A stretch of DNA of 64,000 bases from Macrostomum lignano (Eukaryota): assembly GCA_002269645.1 (NCBI GenBank), contig NIVC01000981.1, positions 1 through 64,000 of the forward strand, given 5' to 3'. The translations under genes were made by a program, and so were the position numbers. The notes under the pieces were generated by a model. It was not told where the DNA came from. It saw only the letters and a list, made by a program, of their open reading frames with translations, and did not search any database. Positions 1 to 13,524 of this stretch are shown in pieces (within the stretch, counting starts at the first letter, position 1; each line of letters starts with the position of its first letter).

Positions 1-3000
1 AGTGTCAGATGCTGTAGAATGAGTGTCAGATTGTAGAATGAGTGTCAGATGCTGTAGAATGAGTGTCAGATGCTGTAGAATGAGTGTCAGATGCTGTAGA
101 ATGAGTGTCAGATGCTGTAGAATGAGTGTCAGATGCTGTAGAATGAGTGTCAGATGCTGTAGAATGAGTGTCAGATGCCGTAGAATGAGTGTCAGATGCT
201 GTAGAATGAGTGTCAGATGCTGTAGAATGAGTGTCAGATGCTGTAGAATGAGTGTCAGATGCTGTAGAATGAGTGTCAGATGCTGTAGAATGAGTGTCAG
301 ATGCTGTAGAATGAGTGTCAGATTGTAGAATGAGTGTCAGATGCTGTAGAATGAGTGTCAGATGCTGTAGAATGAGTGTCAGATGCTGTAGAATGAGTGT
401 CAGATGCTGTAGAATGAGTGTCAGATGCTGTAGAATGAGTGTCAGATGCTGTAGAATGAGTGTCAGATGCTGTAGAATGAGTGTCAGATGCTGTAGAATG
501 AGTGTCAGATGCTGTAGAATGAGTGTCAGATGCTGTAGAATGAGTGTCAGATGCTGTAGAATGAGTGTCAGATGCTGTAGAATGAGTGTCAGATGCTGTA
601 GAATGAGTGTCAGATGCTGTAGAATGAGTGTCAGATGCTGTAGAATGAGTGTCAGATGCTGTAGAATGAGTGTCAGATGCTGTAGAATGAGTGTCAGATG
701 CTGTAGAATGAGTGTCAGATGCTGTAGAATGAGTGTCAGATGCTGTAGAATGAGTGTCAGATGCTGTAGAATGAGTGTCAGATGCTGTAGAATGAGTGTC
801 AGATGCTGTAGAATGAGTGTCAGATGCTGTAGAATGAGTGTCAGATGCTGTAGAATGAGTGTCAGATGCTGTAGAATGAGTGTCAGATGCTGTAGAATGA
901 GTGTCAGATGCTGTAGAATGAGTGTCAGATGCTGTAGAATGAGTGTCAGATGCTGTAGAATGAGTGTCAGATGCTGTAGAATGAGTGTCAGATGCTGTAG
1001 AATGAGTGTCAGATGCGTAGAATGAGTGTCAGATGCTGTAGAATGAGTGTCAGATGCTGTAGAATGAGTGTCAGATGCTGTAGAATGAGTGTCAGATGCT
1101 GTAGAATGAGTGTCAGATGCTGTAGAATGAGTGTCAGATGCTGTAGAATGAGTGTCAGATGCTGTAGAATGAGTGTCAGATGCTGTAGAATGAGTGTCAG
1201 ATGCTGTAGAATGAGTGTCAGATGCTGTAGAATGAGTGTCAGATGCTGTAGAATGAGTGTCAGATGCTGTAGAATGAGTGTCAGATGCTGTAGAATGAGT
1301 GTCAGATGCTGTAGAATGAGTGTCAGATGCTGTAGAATGAGTGTCAGATGCTGTAGAATGAGTGTCAGATGCTGTAGAATGAGTGTCAGATGCTGTAGAA
1401 TGAGTGTCAGATGCTGTAGAATGAGTGTCAGATGCTGTAGAATGAGTGTCAGATGCTGTAGAATGAGTGTCAGATGCTGTAGAATGAGTGTCAGATGCTG
1501 TAGAATGAGTGTCAGATGCTGTAGAATGAGTGTCAGATGCCGTAGAATGAGTGTCAGATGCTGTAGAATGAGTGTCAGATGCTGTAGAATGAGTGTCAGA
1601 TGCTGTAGAATGAGTGTCAGATGCTGTAGAATGAGTGTCAGATGCTGTAGAATGAGTGTCAGATGCTGTAGAATGAGTGTCAGATGCTGTAGAATGAGTG
1701 TCAGATGCCGTAGAATGAGTGTCAGATGCTGTAGAATGAGTGTCAGATGCTGTAGAATGAGTGTCAGATGCTGTAGAATGAGTGTCAGATGCTGTAGAAT
1801 GAGTGTCAGATGCTGTAGAATGAGTGTCAGATGCTGTAGAATGAGGTAGAGGCGTAGAATGAGTGTCAGATGCTGTAGAATGAGTGTCAGATGCTGTAGA
1901 ATGAGTGTCAGATGCTGTAGAATGAGTGTCAGATGCCGTAGAATGAGTGTCAGATGCTGTAGAATGAGTGTCAGATGCTGTAGAATGAGTGTCAGATGCT
2001 GTAGAATGAGTGTCAGATGCTGTAGAATGAGTGTCAGATTGTAGAATGAGTGTCAGATGCTGTAGAATGAGTGTCAGATGCTGTAGAATGAGTGTCAGAT
2101 TGTAGAATGAGTGTCAGATGCTGTAGAATGAGTGTCAGATGCTGTAGAATGAGTGTCAGATGCGTAGAATGAGTGTCAGATGCTGTAGAATGAGTGTCAG
2201 ATGCTGTAAATGAGTGTCAGATTGTAGAATGAGTGTCAGATGCTGTAGAATGAGTGTCAGATGCTGTAGAATGAGTGTCAGTTGTAGAATGAGTGTCAGA
2301 TGCTGTAGAATGAGTGTCAGATGCTGTAGAATGAGTGTCAGATGCTGTAGAATGAGTGTCAGATGCGTAGAAGAGTGTCAGATGCTGTAAATGAGTGTCA
2401 GATGCTGTAGAATGAGTGTCAGATGCTGTAGAATGAGTGTCAGATGCCGTAGAATGAGTGTCGATGCTGTAGAATGAGTGTCAGATGCTGTAGAATGAGT
2501 GTCAGATGCTGTAGAATGAGTGTCAGATGCTGTAGAATGAGTGTCAGATGCTGTAGAATGAGTGTCAGATGCTGTAGAATGAGTGTCAGATGCTGTAGAA
2601 TGAGTGTCAGATGATGTAGAATGAGTGTCAGATGCTGTAGAATGAGTGTCAGATGCTGTAGAATGAGTGTCAGAGCGTAAAGAGTGTCAGATGCTGTAGA
2701 ATGAGTGTCAGATGCTGTAGAATGAGTGTCAGATGCCGTAGAATGAGTGTCAGATGCTGTAGAATGAGTGTCAGATGCTGTAGAATGAGTGTCAGATGCT
2801 GTAGAATGAGTGTCAGATGCTGTAGAATGAGTGTCAGATGCTGTAGAATGAGTGTCAGTTGTAGAATGAGTGTCAGATGCTGTAGAATGAGTGTCAGATG
2901 CTGTAGAATGAGTGTCAGATTGTAGAATGAGTGTCAGATGCTAGAATGAGTGTCAGATGCTGTAGAATGAGTGTCAGATGCTGTAGAATGAGTGTCAGAT

Positions 3001-6000
3001 GCTGTAGAATGAGTGTCAGATGCTGTAAATGAGTGTCAGTTGTAGAATGAGTGTCAGATGCTGTAGAATGAGTGTCAGATGCTGTAGAATGAGTGTCAGA
3101 TTGTAGAATGAGTGTCAGATGCTGTAGAATGAGTGTCAGATTGTAGAATGAGTGTCAGATGCTGTAGAATGAGTGTCAGATGCGTAGAATGAGTGTCAGA
3201 TGCTGTAGAATGAGTGTCAGATGCTGTAGAATGAGTGTCAGATGCTGTAGAATGAGTGTCAGATGCTGTAGAATGAGTGTCAGATGCTGTAGAATGAGTG
3301 TCAGATGCTGTAGAATGAGTGTCAGATGCTGTAGAATGAGTGTCAGATGCTGTAGAATGAGTGTCAGTTGTAGAATGAGTGTCAGATGCTGTAGAATGAG
3401 TGTCAGATGCTGTAGAATGAGTGTCAGATTGTAGAATGAGTGTCAGATGCTGTAGAATGAGTGTCAGATGCTGTAGAATGAGTGTCAGTTGTAGAATGAG
3501 TGTCAGATGCTGTAGAATGAGTGTCAGATGCTGTAGAATGAGTGTCAGTTGTAGAATGAGTGTCAGATGCTGTAGAATGAGTGTCAGATGCTGTAGAATG
3601 AGTGTCAGTTGTAGAATGAGTGTCAGATGCTGTAGAATGAGTGTCAGTTGTAGAATGAGTGTCAGATGCTGTAGAATGAGGGTCAGAGGCGTTTAACAGA
3701 GTGTCAGATGCTGTAAAATGAGTGTCAGATGCTGTAGAATGAGTGTCAATGCGTAGAATGAGTGTCAGATGCTGTAGAATGAGTGTCAGATGCTGTAGAA
3801 TGAGTGTCAGATGCTGTAGAATGAGTGTCAGATGCTTTAGAATGAGTGTCAGTTGTAGAATGAGTGTCAGATGCTGTAGAATGAGTGTCAGATGCTGTAG
3901 AATGAGTGTCAGATGCTGTAGAATGAGTGTCAGATGCTGTAGAATGAGTGTCAGATGCTGTAGAATGAGTGTCAGATGCTGTAGAATGAGTGTCAGATGA
4001 TGTAGAATGAGTGTCAGATGCTGTAGAATGAGTGTCAGTTGTAGAATGAGTGTCAGATGCTGTAGAATGAGTATCAGATGCTGTAGAATGAGTATCAAAT
4101 GCTGTAGAATGAGTGTCAGATGCTGTAGAATGAGTGTCAGATGCTGTAGAATGAGTGTCAGATGCTGTAGAATGAGTGTCAGATGCCGTAGAATGAGTGT
4201 CAGATGCTGTAGAATGAGTGTCAGATGCTGTAGAATGAGTGTCAGATGCCGTAGAATGAGTGTCAGATGCTGTAGAATGAGTGTCAGATGCTGTAGAATG
4301 AGTGTCAGATGCTGTAGAATGAGTGTCAGATGCTGTAGAATGAGTGTCAGATGCTGTAGAATGAGTGTCAGATGCTATAGAATGAGTGTCAGATGCTGTA
4401 GAATGAGTGTCAGATGCTGTAGAATGAGTGTCAGATGCTGTAGAATGAGTGTCAGATGCTGTAGAATGAGTGTCAGATGCTGTAGAATGAGTGTCAGATG
4501 CTGTAGAATGAGTGTCAGATGCTGTAGAATGAGTGTCAGATGCTGTAGAATGAGTGTCAGATGCTGTAGAATGAGTGTCAGTTGTAGAATGAGTGTCAGA
4601 TGCTGTAGAATGAGTGTCAGATGCTGTAGAATGAGTGTCAGATTGTAGAATGAGTGTCAGATGCCGTAGAATGAGTGTCAGATGCTGTAGAATGAGTGTC
4701 AGATGCTGTAGAATGAGTGTCAGATGCTGTAGAATGAGTGTCAGATGCTGTAGAATGAGTGTCAGTTGTAGAATGAGTGTCAGATGCTGTAGAATGAGTG
4801 TCAGATGCTGTAGAATGAGTGTCAGTTGTAGAATGAGTGTCAGATGCTGTAGAATGAGTGTCAGATTGTAGAATGAGTGTCAGATGCTGTAGAATGAGTG
4901 TCAGATGCGTAGAATGAGTGTCAGATGCTGTAGAATGAGTGTCAGATGCTGTAGAATGAGTGTCAGATGCCGTAGAATGAGTGTCAGATGCTGTAGAATG
5001 AGTGTCAGATGCTGTAGAATGAGTGTCAGATGCTGTAGAATGAGTGTCAGATTGTAGAATGAGTGTCAGATGCTGTAGAATGAGTGTCAGATGCTGTAGA
5101 ATGAGTGTCAGATGCTGTAGAATGAGTGTCAGATGCTGTAGAATGAGTGTCAGATGCTGTAGAATGAGTGTCAGATGCTGTAGAATGAGTGTCAGATGCT
5201 GTAGAATGAGTGTCAGATGCTGTAGAATGAGTGTCAGATGCTGTAGAATGAGTGTCAGATGCTGTAGAATGAGTGTCAGATGCTGTAGAATGAGTGTCAG
5301 ATGCTGTAGAATGAGTGTCAGATGCTGTAGAATGAGTGTCAGATGCTGTAGAATGAGTGTCAGATGCCGTAGAATGAGTGTCAGATGCTGTAGAATGAGT
5401 GTCAGATGCTGTAGAATGAGTGTCAGATGCCGTAGAATGAGTGTCAGATGCTGTAGAATGAGTGTCAGATGCTGTAGAATGAGTGTCAGATGCTGTAGAA
5501 TGAGTGTCAGATGCTGTAGAATGAGTGTCAGATGCTGTAGAATGAGTGTCAGATGCTGTAGAATGAGTGTCAGATGCTGTAGAATGAGTGTCAGATGCTG
5601 TAGAATGAGTGTCAGATGCTGTAGAATGAGTGTCAGATGCTGTAGAATGAGTGTCAGATGCTGTAGAATGAGTGTCAGATGCTGTAGAATGAGTGTCAGA
5701 TGCTGTAGAATGAGTGTCAGATGCTGTAGAATGAGTGTCAGATGCTGTAGAATGAGTGTCAGTTGTAGAATGAGTGTCAGATGCTGTAGAATGAGTGTCA
5801 GATGCTGTAGAATGAGTGTCAGTTGTAGAATGAGTGTCAGATGCTGTAGAATGAGTGTCAGATGCTGTAGAATGAGTGTCAGATGCTGTAGAATGAGTGT
5901 CAGATGCTGTAGAATGAGTGTCAGATGCTGTAGAATGAGTGTCAGATTGTAGAATGAGTGTCAGATGCTGTAGAATGAGTGTCAGATGCTGTAGAATGAG

Positions 6001-7395
6001 TGTCAGATGCTGTAGAATGAGTGTCAGATGCTGTAGAATGAGTGTCAGTTGTAGAATGAGTGTCAGATGCTGTAGAATGAGTGTCAGATGCGTTTAACTG
6101 AGTGTCAGATGCTGTAGAATGAGTGTCAGATGCTGTAGAATGAGTGTCAGATGCTGTAGAATGAGTGTCAGATGCTGTAGAATGAGTGTCAGATGCTGTA
6201 GAATGAGTGTCAGATGCTGTAGAATGAGTGTCAGATGCTGTAGAATGAGTGTCAGTTGTAGAATGAGTGTCAGATGCTGTAGAATGAGTGTCAGATGCTG
6301 TAGAATGAGTGTCAGATGCTGTAGAATGAGTGTCAGATGCTGTAGAATGAGTGTCAGATGCTGTAGAATGAGTGTCAGATGCTGTAGAATGAGTGTCAGA
6401 TGCTGTAGAATGAGTGTCAGATGCTGTAGAATGAGTGTCAGATTGTAGAATGAGTGTCAGATGCTGTAGAATGAGTGTCAGATGCTGTAGAATGAGTGTC
6501 AATGCTGTAGAATGAGTGTCAGATGCTGTAGAATGAGTGTCAGATGCTGTAGAATGAGTGTCAGATTGTAGAATGAGTGTCAGATGCTGTAGAATGAGTG
6601 TCAGATGCTGTAGAATGAGTGTCAGATGCTGTAGAATGAGTGTCAGATGCCGTAGAATGAGTGTCAGATGCTGTAGAATGAGTGTCAGATGCTGTAGAAT
6701 GAGTGTCAGATGCTGTAGAATGAGTGTCAGATGCTGTAGAATGAGTGTCAGATGCTGTAGAATGAGTGTCAGATGCTGTAGAATGAGTGTCAGATGCTGT
6801 AGAATGAGTGTCAGATGCTGTAGAATGAGTGTCAGATGCTGTAGAATGAGTGTCAGATGCCGTAGAATGAGTGTCAGATGCTGTAGAATGGGTGTCAGAT
6901 GCCGTAGAATGAGTGTCAGATGCTGTAGAATGAGTGTCAGATGCTGTAGAATGAGTGTCAGATGCCGTAGAATGAGTGTCAGATGCTGTAGAATGAGTGT
7001 CAGATGCTGTAGAATGAGTGTCAGATGCTGTAGAATGAGTGTCAGATGATGTAGAATGAGTGTCAGATGCTGTAGAATGAGTGTCAGATGCTATAGAATG
7101 AGTGTCAGATGCTGTAGAATGAGTGTCAGATGCCGTAGAATGAGTGTCAGATGCTGTAGAATGAGTGTCAGATGCTGTAGAATGAGTGTCAGATGCCGTA
7201 GAATGAGTGTCAGATGCTGTAGAATGAGTGTCAGATGCTGTAGAATGAGTGTCAGATGCTGTAGAATGAGTGTCAGATGCTGTAGAATGAGTGTCAGATG
7301 ATGTAGAATGAGTGTCAGATGCTGTAGAATGAGTGTCAGATGCTATAGAATGAGTGTCAGATGCTGTAGAATGAGTGTCAGATGCTATAGAATGA
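1..7395. repeat. 21-bp satellite array (GCTGTAGAATGAGTGTCAGAT)n, runs off the left edge
   Basis: Direct: hundreds of near-identical 21-bp units with occasional 18-20-bp deletion variants; all ORFs here (CCRMSVR repeats) are artefacts. Confidence 0.99.
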
Positions 7396-7454
7396 GCGTT
7401 AGAGGCGTTTAACAGAGTGTCAGATATTTAGAATCGCCTAGAATGCAACAAAGG

Positions 7455-7649
7455 AGCGCTTAGAGTTCAGCAGGGGCGCTTAGAGTTCAGCAGGGGCGCT
7501 TAGAGTTCAGCAGGGGCGCTTAGAGTTCGGCAGGGGGCGCTTAGAGTTTAGCAGGGGGCGCTTAGAGTTCAGCAGATGGCGCTTAGAGTTCAGCAGGGGG
7601 CGCTTAGAGTTCAGCAGGGGCGCTTAGAGTTCAGCAGGGGGTGCTTAGA
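7455..7649. repeat. 21-22-bp minisatellite (GCGCTTAGAGTTCAGCAGGGG)n, ~9 copies
   Basis: Direct tandem repeats. Confidence 0.95.
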
Positions 7650-7922
7650 CCAGGCCTTTAAGCAGCCGACAAAGAAATAAACAAGTTTAAGAGAACAGGT
7701 TATTGATATTTTAATAATCGAAAACGAACAGAACGGAAGTAATTAAACGCTCGAACAGAATATATTTATGTTTCAGAATTTTATATTAAATAGGCAAGAT
7801 TGGTTTCTAAATGAACGAACTGTTTGCTTAGGCAATATTGAAAAAAATAAATCACTCTATAGTTGCTACGCAAGAGACTGCGCAGGTTCATTTAGAGCTA
7901 TCATCATCAATAAGAGATCGGA

Positions 7923-8495
7923 TCAGATCAGAGGATTTGTGTCCTCAGTAGCGTCGCATTCATCCGTGCCAGCTTTGTCAGGCATGGCTGCAGTGGCAGC
8001 GTCAGAGTTGGGCCTGTAAATCCCGGACTTGCCAACGGGAGCCAGCAGCATCAGCAGGATCATCTGAGCGGCGGTCAGGCAGCACAGTAAGCAGAGAAAG
8101 GCCAGACACCAGTTGCCCCTGGCAACCGACACGGCGTCGCCTGCAGCCGAAGGGAATCCGGCCGAATCGAGGAGTTGTTGAAGCCGTCGAGACTCCAGAC
8201 CGGTTGAGACGTCCTGAAGGATAGCGGCCGCGACTAGCTGGCTGAGGATGAGGCTGTGAGAAGTGAGCAGAACGATGAAGCATGGGCGAGGCAGTCTGCT
8301 TGAGAAGCAGGCGTAGAGAGTTCCAGTGAGGCTGAGGCAGTGACAGAGCAGGAGGCCCACGGCCAGCAGAAAGATCGCTCGAAGGCAGTCCAGGTAGCGT
8401 TGGCCGAGCTGACTACCGTCGGAGGTCTCTGGCGAGCTGGAGGACCAGCGAAGGTCGATGAACCAGCAGTGGTCTGACGATGTGTTCTCCGCGAC
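7923..8495 (-). CDS. Exon 2 (last) of four-transmembrane claudin/PMP22-superfamily-like protein (~360 aa total)
   Basis: Acceptor TTTCACACAG at 8496-8498, phase 0, in frame with ORF 7923-8360; encodes VAENTSSDHCWFIDLRW... then three hydrophobic helices (AIFLLAVGLLLCHCLSLTGTLYACF; PCFIVLLTSHSLILSQLVAAAIL; GNWCLAFLCLLCCLTAAQMILLMLL) and a short tail. Confidence 0.75.
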   Translation of the reverse strand, partial: VAENTSSDHCWFIDLRWSSSSPETSDGSQLGQRYLDCLRAIFLLAVGLLLCHCLSLTGTLYACFSSRLPRPCFIVLLTSHSLILSQLVAAAILQDVSTGLESRRLQQLLDSAGFPSAAGDAVSVARGNWCLAFLCLLCCLTAAQMILLMLLAPVGKSGIYRPNSDAATAAMPDKAGTDECDATEDTNPLI

Positions 8496-8582
8496 CTGTG
8501 TGAAACCATTTTGGACAAAAGTAAATGTTTATATTTAAATGGAGCCAATCGACTCAATCAAATGAAAACGAATTCCCTATAC

Positions 8583-9092
8583 CTTCACAGACTGGTTTCT
8601 ACCGTCCTTATTTGTAGCATTGACGAAGCCAGCCAGAATCTCCAGCACGTTGCTCATTAGTTCAGTAGCATTGCTTGACAACTGCTGCTCTTGCTGTTCT
8701 TGCTTCTTCTCATCAGCTTGGCGCTCCACTTTGCTTGTCGAATTTATTGATTGAGTAGGCTTCGATCCTAGTGACTGTCGCGATTGCATACATTCGCGAA
8801 ACGCATTGGCGGTTCTGTTCCGCAGCAGAGGATCCTTACTTAGCGCCTCCTGTTGCTTGCGAATCTCTTCATTGCTGCTGCTGCTGCTGCTGCTGTTGGT
8901 TAGAAGAGCTCCGATTCTTTGGGAATCAACGTGAACAATTCTCCAAGCTGGTACCAGCAGGACGAACACGTAGAGAAGAGTGGCTGCTACACATAAAGCC
9001 GTGATCAATGCCAGAATGCGCGACGTCCTTGACAGTCCAGTCGAGATGTGGTAGCCGCAGCCTTTTTTGTTGCGTTCAGCACTTGACGACAT
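8583..9092 (-). CDS. Exon 1 of four-TM claudin/PMP22-like protein (TM1 plus long first extracellular loop)
   Basis: ATG at 9092; TM1 RILALITALCVAATLLYVFVLLVPAW; donor AAG|GTATAG at 8582; the 87-bp GT-AG intron joins in frame to exon 2. Confidence 0.75.
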
Positions 9093-9789
9093 GCTTTTTG
9101 TTTCTGAGAATTTTTAGGTGCTTTCGTTTCGTAGCTACCTGAGAGTTGTCTGATCGAGGAGTTGAATATCAACTGGTTTTTGTTGTTAAACTTTTTTATT
9201 GATCGGCTGTGTGCCGCTTCTTCCAGCTGAAGTCGTCGCTCATTGGTCCTTCTCCTTCCATTTTTAACCCTCCCCATGTACATTGCTCTTCTGTGGGGGT
9301 CTCTTGGTTAGCCTTTTAGCTGCATGTACATCTTTCCATTGTACGGTTGGTTTTGATTTTCGTCCCAATCCTAGGCAAGCCTCTGATTGGCCAGTAGGAC
9401 TTTGATAAGAAAAGAACAGTTTTACTTAGACTTGTTTGATAAGGCGTTTAAATACAATGCATGGTAGACTGGATGGAAGCGTTGCCTTATGCATTTAGGC
9501 TTCTACAAAAAGTACAAATGACTATTGCAATTAAGGCCGATATTTATTGCTGTTTATTTTTAAAGCAGAGATACTTCGTACAAATTTTGAGGGATTACCA
9601 TCAATCTGGCCTTAGAGATCCTGTTTTCTTGATTAACCCTTTATTAACGTCTTTGATTATTGCGCTTATCCATAAACACACTCGAAACACTTATCAATTG
9701 CCGTTAATTACGAGTACTCCTTATCCATCCCTTATTACAGCACAATATTTATTACTTTCTATCCGTCCTTATTTACCTACTGATTAGCT

Positions 9790-10535
9790 TGAATCCGTCG
9801 TTAATTACTCTCAAGCTATCCTTACTTATCCTCAATTCATCCTTAATTACCCTCAATCCATCCTTACTTATCCTCAATTCATCCTTACTTATCCTCAATT
9901 CATCCTTAATTACCCTCAATCCATCCTTACTTATCCTCAATTCATCCTTAATTACCCTCAATCCATCCTTACTTATCCTCAATTCATCCTTAATTACCCT
10001 CAATCCATCCTTACTTATCCTCAATTCATCCTTAATTACTTTCAATCCATCCTTACTTATCCTCAATTCATCCTTAATTACCCTCAATCCATCCTTACTT
10101 ATCCTCAATTCATCCTTACTTATCCTCAATTCATCCTTACTTATCCTCAATTCATCCTTACTTATCCTCAATTCATCCTTAATTACCCTCAATCCATCCT
10201 TACTTATCCTCAATTCATCCTTAATTACCCTCAATCCATCCTTACTTATCCTCAATTCATCCTTAATTACCCTCAATCCATCCTTACTTATCCTCAATTC
10301 ATCCTTAATTACCCTCAATCCATCCTTACTTATCCTCAATTCATCCTTAATTACCCTCAATCCATCCTTACTTATCCTCAATTCATCCTTAATTACTTTC
10401 AATCCGTCATTAATTAGCTTCAATCCGTCATTAATACCCTCAATCCGTCATTAATTACCTTCAATCCGTCATTAATTAGTTTCAATCCGTCATTACGTTC
10501 CCTCAATCTGTCCATAATTACCTTCAATCCGTTTT
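9790..10535. repeat. 21-bp minisatellite with two alternating unit types (CTTACTTATCCTCAATTCATC / CTTAATTACCCTCAATCCATC)
   Basis: Direct; 42-bp higher-order period, degenerate edges. Confidence 0.97.
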
Positions 10536-13244
10536 TTATCAGTAATTACCCTAAATAAACCTAATTAATAAAGTGCCAAAGGCGATATCTTTGTGTTTTT
10601 GCAGCACCGACTAAAGACACTACTTCTTTCATGGGGGTTCTTCGACACTTGGACCTCCATCATGGATTGGTTCTTAATAGCAGTTGAGCATTTTTTGAGA
10701 GATGGCAGTGTTCTACATCTTATGCAGTGCCATGCAGGTCTCTCACAGCCCCCTGGTTATTGACACGAGGACTTTCCAATCCCTATTTAATTCAATAACC
10801 GAAGTAACTGAAGAAACTAAAAATTCACAATTTCTAGAAAGCTACAAACTGTTGCATTTCTTGGATTTAAAAGCAGAAAAAAACAACGAGCAAGCTGCAA
10901 GCAAGTAACAAAAATTATTAAAAGCTTTCAAATCGCAGAAATTCACGAGATCTTGCCTGGAAGACATGCCACACCCTAAGCGCGCTTGCCCATGCCCGCT
11001 CCTTCTAACCCCATGGTCATTGCTACACTGTTAATTCCCAATATTTCCCCTCTAGGGGGGGGGAATTTATTTATGTACCCATTTTAGAGTCGAAGGCTCC
11101 TGTAGCTCTGCAGGCGCTCCGTGGTCTCTTCCCTTCCCTCTAATTAAACCAATATTTTTTTATTATAAGCTAGTCGAAGACCGGATCGAGCTGTGTGCGT
11201 ATGTAGCTTCCTTTAATAAAAACAGCTCGAGTGAAGTCATTTCCTTCTGGGGATGTTGGGTGTAGCTGGTTGGCTGGTTGGGTGGGTTATAGGCTGCAGT
11301 GCAGGGGCTTATAGTTTTTCCCACACTGCAATCGCCCCAGGGACAAGAATTACAGCAAACTGTATCGATGTCACGGGCTTTGGAAGCTCGGTCGGTGTTG
11401 GGGGGTGGCTGTGCAGTGCCGAATGCATATAGCGGTACGAGAATACTCGAGCGCCTTTCTATTTTTCTATATGGGAATAGGAAGCAAAACAGCACAAAAC
11501 TGGGGAGGCATGCGCCTTGAACGCTGCAGAAGCGCACGATAAAAAGGTAATACTATACATACATATACAACATGTAGCCAACGCCAGTGCATACTCTGCA
11601 TGCTGTGCAGTCAGCAGGGCGTTTTTTGTAGCGGCTTGAGTGTAGTAAAACAAAAAGCGGTCTACATGCATGTACATGTACGTGCATATGATGGGTTCGG
11701 CCTTTTTAAGCCTATAGCTTCGGGCCTCAGAACTCAGAAATGAATCACTTAAAGCTCTGGCCTCTCACTCCTGTCAGATGGTCAGCCCCATGATGGTAGC
11801 TATAGATTGTGGGCGAGCAGCAAGGTCCTATAGCTAAGATCGGAAGACAGCGAGAGAAAAGCAGGGAAAATTTGAAAGGTAGAGATTAGCTAATCCGCAG
11901 ATTAACTAACCCGCTGCCACCAGTCCGTGCGCCCCGGCTCCCACCAAACCGAAGCTATCGAAATCGGACTTCCGACTATAGAGGGGCACTGCACTTACCT
12001 GCCATCTAGTGTCTTTTAGCTGTCTAAATCTCGAAGTCATAGCCGAATAGAAGGGACACTGCTGGGACTATAAGATCGCATTTGGCCATGCAGGGACAGA
12101 GAAGGACTTTTGCAGGGGGTTCTTGCGCTGGCGAGCCATTATACACTACTAAATGTACTATTTCATTACCAAATTCCCAGAAGTACATGTACAAGTATAC
12201 GTAACTGCACACCTTTGGCAGTAAATGTGTTAACGCGTCGACAGATAGCGATGATGTAGGTGTACTGCCACCCTTTGGAGATCTTTAGACTAATATTTAA
12301 CTTTGTTTAGCCGCTTAATTAGCTGCCTGAGACTGAGTCTGGCACTTATTATTTGCATGCTTATCGTGATTTCCGAGATCGACTGATTGACTGAGAACTG
12401 CGTGCCGCTTCCGGTCCACTGTGACCTCTGCCTCTAGATCTAGCCGCTCATCTCAGCTGGCATTGCGAAAAAGAAAGAAAACGCTATTGTTGGCCGCCAT
12501 GGCCGGAGAGGAGATACATGCAGGATGATGCAGCAGGGTTAGTACGTACGCTGACCAAGAGATGGGGAAAGGGAGAAAGAGGTGCCGAGCGCCCATCTAG
12601 GAGATACTTTGTAGCAATAGGAGCGCCCAACAAAATAAAACTAAAAAAACTCTAAAACAGCAAGAGTTGATCGAGAACTGCATCATGTACGGCCTGATAA
12701 GCTAGCTCTCCTCAACCAACGAAAATTTATTGGATAACATCCAGAAACCTGCGACTTAATTGGCCATAGATTCATAAAATCAATTAATTTATACGATTCT
12801 GGCTTCTTTTTGACAAATGATTTCAGTAATTTTTCACTTGCATAACTTTACTATAGTGGCATTTGGACGTAAATATTGTTTCCGGAAACGACATTTAAAA
12901 ACTAAAAAAACAAAACTGTAGTCATGTAGACAAAATCGTTAAAAAGTAAGCTTTATTGCATCCTTTTGCCCGCTTAGGTTTCTTTAACGTTAATTATAGA
13001 AGAGATAAGTAACTTCCTTTTTAAAATTTTCTCGCGGTTGCTGACTTTAAAATACCTAAATGAACCATTTTTATTAAGATTACATTAAAATAACTACGTG
13101 CAGCAGTAACGTAACGTGGTTCAAATCCTGTTGCACTCGCACTGACACTGACGCACTTGGGTACTGTTAGTGTTATTATTAATATTATTAGCTGCATTGT
13201 GTTGAAAGCTTATTTTTCTATATTTATTTTTCACGAACAAAAAG

Positions 13245-13296
13245 ATGCCCTGTGGATTTCAAACATGCGGCCCTAATGAGGCTCTTGTGATCTCTG
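13245..13296 (+). CDS. FLOT1: Flotillin-1 exon 1 (MPCGFQTCGPNEALVISG)
   Basis: Matches the flotillin N-terminal motif TCGPNEAxVxSG; donor G|GTAAG at 13297, phase 1, completes a Gly codon with exon 2. Confidence 0.93.
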
Positions 13297-13524
13297 GTAA
13301 GCCATAATAGAATACCTTTAGGTAGGCTTAGCTTAGACTTAGATGATACCTAATGCAAATAATAGGCATAGGCTTCTAGGCCTAAACGCTGACATTAGAA
13401 TAACAATAATAGCTTTAAGTTAATTTTTTTATTTTTAATTGTTTATTTTTAAATTTATTTATAAAAGGCAGTGCTTATCCCCACGGTACCGTAGGAATAA
13501 TTTCTGTCTTATTCCAACGGTACC

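Noticed and set aside
23-7301. Long Cys/Arg-rich ORFs (CCRMSVR)n
   Set aside because: Translation of a 21-bp satellite whose unit is a multiple of 3; no coding evidence
9461-10908. Short plus-strand ORFs/exon-like pieces flanking the 9.8-kb array
   Set aside because: No recognisable homology or consistent splice structure
11990-12012. ACTTACCTG, resembling the U1 snRNA 5' end
   Set aside because: Downstream sequence does not match U1 stems or an Sm site; simply an antisense donor-like motif
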